64,000 nucleotides of DNA from Candidatus Versatilivorator sp. (GTDB lineage: Bacteria; Acidobacteriota; Terriglobia; Versatilivoradales; Versatilivoraceae): assembly GCA_965207735.1 (NCBI GenBank), contig OZ242296.1, positions 1,824,001 to 1,888,000 on the forward strand, given 5' to 3'. The translations under genes and the position numbers were made by a program. The notes below the pieces were generated by a model. The model worked only from the letters and a program-made list of their open reading frames with translations. It was not told where the DNA came from and did not search any database. Positions 11,353 through 19,858 of this stretch are shown piece by piece. Numbering within the stretch: position 1 is the stretch's first letter; each line of letters begins with the position of its first letter.

Positions 11353-11729
11353 GAGAGTGCTTGGGGATTCAATGAAGCTGGTTCGGACACCGGCGGCTCA
11401 GCCGGTGGGTCTTCCCCTGCGGGCGCCGTCCCTTTACCGATGCGGACGGAAGGCGGATTATAGCCCAACTCGGCCGAAAACGGCATCTTTATGGCCTGGG
11501 AGGATTGGACGGGGATCATGATATTGTGGATTGATGATTTTGGATTTTGGATTGATGATTGTTAGCCCGCATTGGCAGGATGATGCCGGTCAGCGTTTCA
11601 ATTTTCCCTGAACCCTTCGGACTACCAGCCAGGAAACCGCCAACCGCGGATTGGTGATGCCATCACTGGCCCGGCTCAGGCTCCCTCGTCCGGGCATCCG
11701 CGCATGCGACCGTTCCATGGAGGACCTCA

Positions 11730-12608
11730 ATGACCTCGTTCCCTTTGCCTCAACCCGGTGCCGTCAGACCCGTCCGGGCGCACTCTCTCGAATACTACTC
11801 CGAAGGCCCGGTGATCGACCGGGAGGGCAACCTCTATATATCCCACGGGACTTCGATTTCCAGGGTGGCGCCCGGCGGCGAACCCGTCGTCTGGGCCACC
11901 TCCGGGGCTCCAAACGGCCACAAGATCCTGACCAATGGAGACCACTTGGTCTGCGACGCCACACAGCACGGCGTGCTGCGGTTCGATCCGGACGGACGGC
12001 CGCTGGGCCGGGCCGCCGGGGGGCGCTGCCAGGACCTGGAGATCGACGGCCCCAACGACATCTGCCTCCATCCCGGCGAGGGGTTCTACTTCACCGACTG
12101 TCTGCCCAAGAAGGGCGCCGTCATCTTCGTGGACCTGGAGGGAAGGCAAAACGTGGTGGCCCGGGACATGGACACGCCCAACGGCATCGTGCTGTCGGCC
12201 GACGCTCGAAGCCTGTTTGTCTCCGAAAGCCTCCCCAACCGAGTGACCCTGATTCCCCTGGCCGGGCCCGGCCGGGCCGCGGGACCTCCCCGGGTCTTCG
12301 CCGAACTTCCCCGCCATCCCGACGGCGAAGCGGACGGCAAGAACCTGCCGGACGGCATGGCCCTGGACCGGGACAAGCGTCTCTGGGTCGCCCACTACGG
12401 AATGGCGGCTGTGCAGGTGCTGTCCCCCGAGGGCCGGCTCTTGGCCAGTTACGACACCGGCATGCGCTGCACCAGCAACATCTGCTTTGCCGGCCCCGAC
12501 CTGGCCACGGCCTTTGTCACCGGGGGCGACGGGGAACCCCGCCCCGGTGGCCTGGTTCGTCTGGGCGTGGGCGTTCCGGGCTTGCCTATCCTGCCGACCG
12601 CCGAGTAG
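11730..12608 (+). CDS. SMP-30/gluconolactonase/LRE family beta-propeller
   Basis: EGP, PNG, PND, PNGI, PDGMALD, SNICF motifs. Confidence 0.9.
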   Translation: MTSFPLPQPGAVRPVRAHSLEYYSEGPVIDREGNLYISHGTSISRVAPGGEPVVWATSGAPNGHKILTNGDHLVCDATQHGVLRFDPDGRPLGRAAGGRCQDLEIDGPNDICLHPGEGFYFTDCLPKKGAVIFVDLEGRQNVVARDMDTPNGIVLSADARSLFVSESLPNRVTLIPLAGPGRAAGPPRVFAELPRHPDGEADGKNLPDGMALDRDKRLWVAHYGMAAVQVLSPEGRLLASYDTGMRCTSNICFAGPDLATAFVTGGDGEPRPGGLVRLGVGVPGLPILPTAE

Positions 12609-12614
12609 AGGAAT

Positions 12615-13151
12615 TCAGTCGAAACAACAATGACACAGGACATGCTGCGTCTCGTGAGCCAGCACACCGGCCAACTCCTCGGGAGACCCGCTCTGTCCCA
12701 CCAGCGCCGTGTGCACCACCACGAAGCCGCCCGGCGCCGCAAAGGCGTTGATGGAGCGGTCTCTCTTCAGAAAATAGCGAAAGCGGTAGCCATGGGGTGG
12801 AACGGCTTCCAGCAGGCGGTCGCCGATTCCTGTCAGGACCTGGGTGCAGACCGGGTCCCATTGGCGGTCCTCCGGTGAAACCAGCATGCCCACGGCCGAC
12901 CGGCCCAGCTGTTCTTCCCAGTAGACCGGAACTCGGCCGGCCATGGCCTCGGCCATCGCCGGAATCCCCCACAGGTAGAGGGCGGCGCCCAGGAGAGGGA
13001 GGCAAAGCGCGGCCAGCAGGGTGAGCTTGCGGCGGAGGGGGCGCCTGGCGGGATGGTGGAAGGCGGTTCGCTCGGGCGCAATGGCGTGGATAGCGGTCAG
13101 GAATTCGGCGTCGTCGACCAGCAGGGCCTCGGGAAGCGGTCCCCTTCCCAT
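12615..13151 (-). pseudogene. Truncated M48 metallopeptidase fragment
   Basis: TM helix, then INAFAAPGG...EELAGVLAHETQHV, and a stop 7 codons after HExxH; the third zinc ligand and C-terminal half are absent. Confidence 0.75.
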
Positions 13152-13268
13152 TCTTGTCCCTGCCCCGGCGGGGTCGGACGAATGGGCATTGACAGATACC
13201 GAGGCGATGTTAGTCTGTTAAGCTCAGACGAAAATAACGATCTCGGAAAGGCAGGTCGCGGGGGCACG

Positions 13269-13703
13269 ATGCGAAAGGGATTTTCTCTAATCGAGTTGCT
13301 GATTGTGGTGGCGATTATCCTGATCATCGCAGCCATAGCGGTCCCCAACCTCCTCCGGGCGAGGCGCTCGGCAAACGAAGCCTCCGCCACCGCTTCCATG
13401 CGAACGATCGGTACCGGCCAGCTCATGTATCGCTCCACCCACGGCACCTTCACCAACCTGGCCGGTCTGGCGGCGGACGGTGTCGTTCCCGCCGATCTGG
13501 GATCGGGCACCAAGAGCGGTTACAAATTCGATTCCCAACCGGGTGAAAACCCGGCGCAGCAGTTCACCGTAACCGGGGTTCCCGAAATCCCCGACGGGGC
13601 CGCCGCCACCGGCACCCGAACCTTCTTTACCGATGAATCGCAGGTAATACGCTTTGCCATCGGGTCCGAGGCCAACGCTACCAGCAAACCGGTGGGAGAT
13701 TAA
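13269..13703 (+). CDS. Type IV pilin-like protein (prepilin N-terminal cleavage/methylation motif)
   Basis: MRKG|FSLIELLIVVAIILIIAAIAVPNLLRARRSANEASA...TKSGYKF...TGTRTFFTDES. Confidence 0.92.
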   Translation: MRKGFSLIELLIVVAIILIIAAIAVPNLLRARRSANEASATASMRTIGTGQLMYRSTHGTFTNLAGLAADGVVPADLGSGTKSGYKFDSQPGENPAQQFTVTGVPEIPDGAAATGTRTFFTDESQVIRFAIGSEANATSKPVGD

Positions 13704-13707
13704 AGGC

Positions 13708-13920
13708 TAGTGATTAGTGGATAGTGGATAGTAACTTGATCGATGCGTTTAAGCATGTTGTAGATCTCGGCGACGAGAATGACTACATCCCGGATTCACA
13801 TCGATGGACAGGATTTTTGTTGATAGTCTGGGATGGATGCTCCGGGATAAGAGTTTTCATCACCTTCCACTCTCCACTCTCCACTCTCCACTCCTCACTC
13901 TCCACTGGCCACTAATCACA
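13708..13920. repeat. Inverted arrays of heptamer repeats (AGTGGAT... / TCCACTC...) enclosing about 130 bp
   Basis: GTGATTAGTGG (13710-13720) pairs with CCACTAATCAC (13909-13919); tandem TCCACTC units at about 13866-13906. Confidence 0.7.
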
Positions 13921-13989
13921 CCCTGTATGCTCCGGCCCGTTGTATGGGGCGGAGGCGCTGCTGAGCAGGTACCGATACGGGATTGGTTG

Positions 13990-14357
13990 GGGCAGGTCTG
14001 TAAGCCGAATTCTGTTCCCTCGAAGAGGGCAGCGGTCATTCCTCTAGCCCGGGAGTTGCCTCCCGGATCCAGCATTCTACCCGGATGTCAAGCGGCGCGG
14101 GTCACGCCTCCATCCCTATTTGAACTTGCTCCATGTGGGGTTTGCCAAGCATGCCCGTTGCCGAGCACCCGGTGCGCTCTTACCACACCATTTCACCCTT
14201 ACCCCTTGCGGGGCGGTATATTTTCTGTTGCACTTTCCGTACCCATGGAGAACCTCCATGAGCCCCCCGCGTTACGGGGCACACTGCCCTGTGGAGTTCG
14301 GACTTTCCTCCCGCTCAATGCCTGAGCAATGAGCCGGCGACCGCTCACAACCTGCCC
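13990..14357 (-). ncRNA. rnpB: RNase P RNA (type A)
   Basis: Minus strand has GAGGAAAGTCCGAACTC near the 5' end, AGTGCAACAGAAA internally and ACAGAATTCGGCTTA at the 3' end; P1 helix GGGCAGG/CCTGCCC closes both ends. Confidence 0.97.
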
Positions 14358-14632
14358 GACGGCATTTTAGCCCGCATTTCTCGCCAGGTCGCTTATTTGA
14401 AACAAAAGAAAAAAGAAAAAGAAAAAAAGAGTTGTCCACGAAGGGACACGAAGAACGACGAAGGGGCACTAAGGCGCTGAGGTTGACCGCGACGGGGTAT
14501 CGAGTTCGCGAAGGGATGGTCGATTTCTGATTGTTTCACTCTATGTATGATCCGCACACCAGGGCGGGGGCCCGGCTTGCCAGAAATGCGGGCTTGGTCC
14601 GGACCGAGAGGGGCGTCAAGGCGCCGGCAGGA

Positions 14633-15477
14633 TCAACCGAGCCCGACAGCGGGCTGAGGCCGGAAAGGGGGACTGTCCCCGCTCCAGTCCAGCGGCAGCA
14701 GGGATTGTCGCCACAGTCCCGGCTCCAGCAATGGCCCTGCTGAAGGCGGCTTTCTTCCGAGCTGGTACCGGTCGCACAACTGGCGGATGAGATCGGAAAT
14801 CCGCTCGCGATAGATCTTCAGCCTGCCCTGTGGGAGCCCATAGAGGTCCCGGTATACCGGCACCAGCTCCGGAAATCGCTCCCGCAGAAAGGGCACCCAT
14901 ACTCGCTCGATGGAGGAGGTGACAAACAGGACCCTGGCAGCCAGATAACCCGCGCCCCGGCGCTTGACGCTGCGCACCAGTGCCTCCAGGTCGGCGGTGC
15001 CGTCGGTAATCCGAGGAAGCACCGGCATGACCAGCACCCCTGTGTTCAAGCCCGCCTGCGACAACGCCTTCAAGGCCAGCAGCCTCCGCCGGGGCGTGGC
15101 CGCCCGAGGTTCCAGGAGCCTGGCCAATTCGGAGGAGAGGGTGGTAAGAGTGATGTTGAGATGCACCTCGTTGCGGGAGGCGATCTCCCGCCACAACTTC
15201 AGGTCCCGCAGGACCAGGTCGGACTTGGTGGTCAGCGAAATGCGGAGTCCCCGCCATTCGGCCAGCCTCTCCAGCATCGCCCGTGTCAGCTTGAAGCGCC
15301 TCTCAGCCGGCTGATAGGGATCGGTGGCGGTGCCGATGGCAATGGGCCGGTCTCGCAGCCTGGCCGAAAGCAGGTCCTTTTCCAGGACGGCATCCCCCTT
15401 CCGCTTGGCGAAGATCTCGGACTCGAATTGGCCTGCATCCTCCCGGCCCATGTATTCGTGGGTATAGCGGGCATAAC
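14633..15477 (-). pseudogene. Radical SAM protein (Rv2578c/SplB-like), 3' part, interrupted by the ICE
   Basis: YARYTHEY...IAIGTATDPYQPAE...TTKS..RD...LEPRA..RRL...MPVLPRITD; lacks CxxxCxxC, which is found at 59262-59463. Confidence 0.9.
15464..15477 (+). repeat. att site, integrase-proximal (core GGGCATAAC 15469-15477)
   Basis: ATAGCGGGCATAAC matches ATAGTGGGCATAAC at 59257-59270 at 13/14 positions, exactly at the gene breakpoint. Confidence 0.9.
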
Positions 15478-15596
15478 TGTCCCTTATAGATCTTATACCG
15501 TCCATAGCCGTCCATAAACATCTTCTAAGACATGTTATTTCAAATATATATGTAGACTAACTGTCTAACGGCGTCCAATAGTACTGCTTGACATCC

Positions 15597-15628
15597 GAGG
15601 GCAACTCGGGGCAATATTGGGGGCAACT
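15597..15628 (+). promoter_or_regulatory. Putative integrase arm-type sites (3 x GGGCAA[CT/TA])
   Basis: GAGGGCAACT, CGGGGCAATA, GGGGGCAACT in tandem; the same motif occurs twice near the other att site. Confidence 0.65.
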
Positions 15629-15653
15629 CAGGAGACACTACAGGCAACCCTAT

Positions 15654-16889
15654 ATGCCTCTCACCGATATTGCGATACGTCATGCCCGCCCCGGCACCAA
15701 ACCCAGGAAGATATTCGATGGGAGTGGACTGTATCTGGAAGTGGCCCCCAGTGGCGGTAGGTGGTGGCGGCTGAAGTACCGCTTCGCAGGCAAGGACAAA
15801 CGGATCTCCCTGGGCGTCTATCCCGACGTGTCGCTGAAAGAAGCCCGGCGGCGGCGTGATGAGGCCCGCCAGCTGTTGGCCAAGGCGATAGATCCGAGCG
15901 AACACCGTAAAACACAAAAAGCAGAGAGAGACCAACGCTCAAAGAATAGTTTCGAAGCCGTGGCCCGGGAATGGTTTGGCAAGTACTCCACAAACTGGGT
16001 CCCCGATCATGCGGGTCTGGTCCTCAAACGACTGGAGCGTGACATCTTCCCTTGGATCGGAGGCAAGCCAATTGCTGAGATCAATGCTCCTCAACTGCTG
16101 ATTGTCGTCCGCCGGATCGAACAACGTGGAGCCCTGGAAACTGCCCATCGGGCGCTTCGAAACTGTGGTCAGGTCTTTCGCTACGCCGTGGCTATCGGAT
16201 GTGCCGACCGCGACCCATCTGGAGATCTGCGAGACGCGTTGCCACCGGTCAAGAGAACACACTTTGCCGCCCTCACTAATCCGAAGCGGGTTGGCCCCTT
16301 GCTGAGAGTGCTGGACGCCTATGAAGGGTCACTCATCGTTCGTTGCGCTTTGCGGTTTGCACCACTGGTTTTCGTCCGGCCCGGCGAGCTCCGCCGAGCC
16401 GAATGGTCAGATATCGACCTGGAAGCGGCCGAATGGCGTTTCACCATCACCAAGACCAATACGCCGCATCTAGTTCCCTTATCCCGGCAAGCGGTAGAGA
16501 TTCTGCGCGAACTCTACCCGCTGACCGGACACGGGCGCTTTGTCTTCCCGAGTTCCCGCGCTCCGAGAGGGGACCGTCCCATGGGTACCAATACCTTTCT
16601 GTCCACCCTACGGTTCATGGGTATCGGAAAGGAGGAGATGACAGGCCACGGCTTCCGGGCCATGGCGAGAACCCTCCTGGATGAAGTGTTGGGCTATCGA
16701 CCCGACTATATCGAACACCAACTGGCCCATGTGGTGCGTGATCCTCTCGGTCGGGCCTACAATCGCACGGCTCACCTGCCGCAGAGGCGAGAGATGATGC
16801 AAGCGTGGGCCGACTATCTGGACCGGCTCAAATCCGGTGAGGTTGACACGCCGATCAGGACAACTGCCAGTCAAGGAACGTCACAGTAG
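15654..16889 (+). CDS. Tyrosine integrase, P4/IntA family with arm-binding domain
   Basis: MPLTDIAIR..KP..DGSGLYL..W.LKYR..SLGVYP; catalytic RPGE, HGFR, LAH and AY residues. Confidence 0.96.
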   Translation: MPLTDIAIRHARPGTKPRKIFDGSGLYLEVAPSGGRWWRLKYRFAGKDKRISLGVYPDVSLKEARRRRDEARQLLAKAIDPSEHRKTQKAERDQRSKNSFEAVAREWFGKYSTNWVPDHAGLVLKRLERDIFPWIGGKPIAEINAPQLLIVVRRIEQRGALETAHRALRNCGQVFRYAVAIGCADRDPSGDLRDALPPVKRTHFAALTNPKRVGPLLRVLDAYEGSLIVRCALRFAPLVFVRPGELRRAEWSDIDLEAAEWRFTITKTNTPHLVPLSRQAVEILRELYPLTGHGRFVFPSSRAPRGDRPMGTNTFLSTLRFMGIGKEEMTGHGFRAMARTLLDEVLGYRPDYIEHQLAHVVRDPLGRAYNRTAHLPQRREMMQAWADYLDRLKSGEVDTPIRTTASQGTSQ

Positions 16890-17388
16890 AGAGCAAGACC
16901 TGACAAGTCCCGAAAGAACCAAAGGCATCACCAAGTCCCCACTCAGCAAGCATCGGTTTGAGTCCAACGACGCGATGAGCAAGAGAGAACAGTTAGCACA
17001 GTCACGTGAACTCATCACCGCATAGTTCTTCCCCGAATAATTCTCGACGAGGGGCCATCCCACCAGTCTGCTAATCTCCCCATGCAATCCTCTTAGTCAC
17101 GCCTTAGTCACGCCAACGACTTCACATTCGCCTTCCAAGCTAAAACCGCCGGTGCAGCCTTCCGGGGGCCGAAACATCTCCGGGTCAACTGGTCGGACAC
17201 AATGCGCTTCCGTCCACCGACGCTTTGTCCATGGTGTTCATGCGGGAACAGAATCCGCAAACCAACCAGTTGACCTGCCTGGCCGTGCCGCCTGCAATCG
17301 TTCAGCGATGTTCCGGCATTCGATAATATACCGTTAAGTCTTCCAGGATCACACCGATACGGAACCAATCGTTCAAGAGGAGGGACTG

Positions 17389-19398
17389 ATGCCATCTCAT
17401 TACTCCCCCCGAAGTTTCTTCAGGCAGGCCCCAAGAGACCTGCTCGCCCGGTACTTCGAGAGCCGCGGTTTGTCCTTCAAGCCGGACTTGGCGACCGTCG
17501 CGGATACGCCTGGGGATCCGTTGTATGCGGCCTGGCTCCAATTTCCCGAGGAGCAGCGCAACGAGATGGAGCTCGATTTTCGGGAGATCTTCAAGATGAG
17601 TTGCCGAAAGGGCGTTCAGGCTATTCTCGATGCCACGCAATCGCGCCGGGTCGACACTCCCGAAAGCGCGGGTGCTTTCATCGAGTCCCTGTCGAGGATG
17701 CCGGATCACTTCCACCGCGCAATGGCGACCTGGCTGGACCACAGGGGATGCTGGAGAGAAGCCCACCGGTTTTATGGAGGTGATGCGCCCGGTTGGTGGC
17801 GAAAGCGCAAGAACATGGGACACCGGCCGGCGGCAACCGATCCGGCCAGCCTCCGGCGCCTTGCCGACCTGATCGGCGCCTGGTTTCACCGCAGCGAAGG
17901 ACGGGGCAGCCGCTGCGTGGTGGAATCCTTCCACCGGGATGGGCTGGACTTCTATTTCGCCTACCCTGAGGACTACTCCCGGTTGAAGATGGAGTGGACG
18001 GATGGGGAGTTCAGCCCGAGACGGAGCCGGCCGGTATTCGAGGTGGTCTTCGCCTACTCGCAACGGGAGGGTTCGGTGGACCTGAGCTTCCCGGGTCCCT
18101 GCCGCGCGGTAGAACCGCTGCAGCAGATGTTCGCCAAGGCGATTCTCGGACTGGGCCGCCTGGCATCCGATCCTGCCGGCGCGCCGGTCTACGACCTCGC
18201 TCCCCTGCTCAGAAAAGACTTCGATTTCGTGTACGGTTCCGGCAGCGGGGTCGAGTCGGTAATGGTGAGGAAGCTGGGATTGGCCTCGCGGGTGCTCAAG
18301 GATTTCCGGTTCACACTGGAGCCTGGCGAGGCTTGCCCCCCCGATGACATCCACGACTATCTGCAAATGGCCGGCGCATTCGATCCGTCTCTCCTCTACA
18401 GAGTTACCCAGGCAGAGCTGGTGGCTATTCTGTCCGCTGACGGAAAAACTCCGCGCGGCAGAGTTCCGATCCACCTGGCCGTTCCGGCTTCCTGTTCGCT
18501 CGGCTACGGCGATCGGGAACTGAAGCTGCGGGAAATGGTAAGGGCCTCGGGTCTTGAGCCGGAAGGGCTCGAACGGGATCGGGACAGGAGTCCGGAAACC
18601 GTGCTGATCGATCTGGGCGCCCGTTTGTGCATCTCCCCGAACCGCAATCTCAGGATCGATTCACGGGAACTGGCCCGCTGCGCCGGCAAGGCGGTCAAGG
18701 CCCTCAAAGCCCAGAATATCCTGCGAAAGGCCCGCCCCGCCCGCAGCGCGGTGTGTCCGGGCTGCGAGCGGCATTGCCGGATGCCCGTGCACAGAGAGTC
18801 AGGGCCAGCGCGTCAAGCGACCGGGATGAAGGGTCCGGCAGCTCCTTTCATCCTGTGCGACAAGCGCGGCGACATCAACCGGGTGCCCGTAGCGGCTGAC
18901 CGGTTGACCCACTGGCAGACCGATGCGGCCAGCCTGATCCGATTCATTGCCGGCGCCCTTTCGCTGAGCGGGAGCGGCCAACGGCCACAGGAGAGGAAAG
19001 AGTTGGAAGCCGGCATGGTTTGCGGGAGGAGCCGCGGCCGGGTGGTAGGCCTGAGGATGGAGGACGAGCTGAAGCTTGTGGCGGGTTCAAGCCGATTGCC
19101 ATTTTCCAAGGTCCTGCGTTTTCGCGAGGACCGCTACGGACTGGAGGAAATGCCCGTCCGCCGCTGGCTGGACGAGGCCACCGGGGACGAGGCTCCCTAC
19201 AGCGCGAGCCGGGTCAGGTACGAGTCAAGAAAGCTCGACACCCGCAAGAAGGACCTGGCTCTTCAGAAGGCCTACCGGTCGCTGAAGCGGGAGAGGCCGG
19301 GCAGGCCTGACATCTGGTACGCGCGGCAGATCGCCAGGAGCGGGCTCGGCGGCGGACTCAGCCCGGAAACCATCCGCAAGCGGATGAAAAAAAAGTGA
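17389..19398 (+). CDS. Hypothetical protein (669 aa) with CPGCERHC Cys cluster and C-terminal HTH-like segment
   Basis: Long ORF with good RBS (GAGGAGG); ends ...IWYARQIARSGLGGGLSPETIRKRM; sits directly upstream of alpA. Confidence 0.75.
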   Translation: MPSHYSPRSFFRQAPRDLLARYFESRGLSFKPDLATVADTPGDPLYAAWLQFPEEQRNEMELDFREIFKMSCRKGVQAILDATQSRRVDTPESAGAFIESLSRMPDHFHRAMATWLDHRGCWREAHRFYGGDAPGWWRKRKNMGHRPAATDPASLRRLADLIGAWFHRSEGRGSRCVVESFHRDGLDFYFAYPEDYSRLKMEWTDGEFSPRRSRPVFEVVFAYSQREGSVDLSFPGPCRAVEPLQQMFAKAILGLGRLASDPAGAPVYDLAPLLRKDFDFVYGSGSGVESVMVRKLGLASRVLKDFRFTLEPGEACPPDDIHDYLQMAGAFDPSLLYRVTQAELVAILSADGKTPRGRVPIHLAVPASCSLGYGDRELKLREMVRASGLEPEGLERDRDRSPETVLIDLGARLCISPNRNLRIDSRELARCAGKAVKALKAQNILRKARPARSAVCPGCERHCRMPVHRESGPARQATGMKGPAAPFILCDKRGDINRVPVAADRLTHWQTDAASLIRFIAGALSLSGSGQRPQERKELEAGMVCGRSRGRVVGLRMEDELKLVAGSSRLPFSKVLRFREDRYGLEEMPVRRWLDEATGDEAPYSASRVRYESRKLDTRKKDLALQKAYRSLKRERPGRPDIWYARQIARSGLGGGLSPETIRKRMKKK

Positions 19399-19615
19399 AA
19401 AACGACGCAAAAAAGTTGGGCAAGTTCAAATCGTTTTTCTTTACCCACCCTAACTGACTCATTCCTATGGACTTATCCGAGTCCCTCGCCGCGGGCGGCA
19501 AGCCCGCGTTCCAAATCCGAATTTTCTAAACTGCTGATTATATTGCACTTGCAGGTTTCGGTCCTCCCAATTTCCGTTCTGTACTTGCCCAACTCGGGCG
19601 TTTAGCCTCGGATTC

Positions 19616-19858
19616 ATGAACGAGATCGAATCCGGCAGGGCATTGACACCGAGAATCCTGAGGCTCCCGCTGGTCCGCGAACGCACCGGACTGTCCCGCA
19701 GCAGCATCTATATGCGCATTTCCGAGGGGCGTTTCCCCAAGCCCATCTCCCTGGGGGAGCGGGCCGTCGGCTGGCTGGAGTCCGAGATCACCGAGTGGGT
19801 GAACCGGAGGATCGAGGCCAGCCGGCAGGCAGGGCCTCGAGAGGACGGTTCCAGATGA
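19616..19858 (+). CDS. alpA: AlpA-family regulator / recombination directionality factor
   Basis: ILRLPLVRERTGLSRSSIY...GRFPKPISLGERAVGWLESEI. Confidence 0.95.
   Translation: MNEIESGRALTPRILRLPLVRERTGLSRSSIYMRISEGRFPKPISLGERAVGWLESEITEWVNRRIEASRQAGPREDGSR

Noticed and set aside
13860-13910. Possible CRISPR array
   Set aside because: Only short tandem heptamers without unique spacers; no cas genes in the window.
13804-14325. 173-aa ORF
   Set aside because: Overlaps the RNase P RNA gene and heptamer repeats; spurious.
14435-14475. ACGAAG-type short repeats upstream of rnpB
   Set aside because: Three or four imperfect copies only; no function can be supported.
17092-17113. Tandem 11-bp duplication CTTAGTCACGC
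   Set aside because: Isolated two-copy repeat with no matching sites noticed elsewhere; probably slippage.
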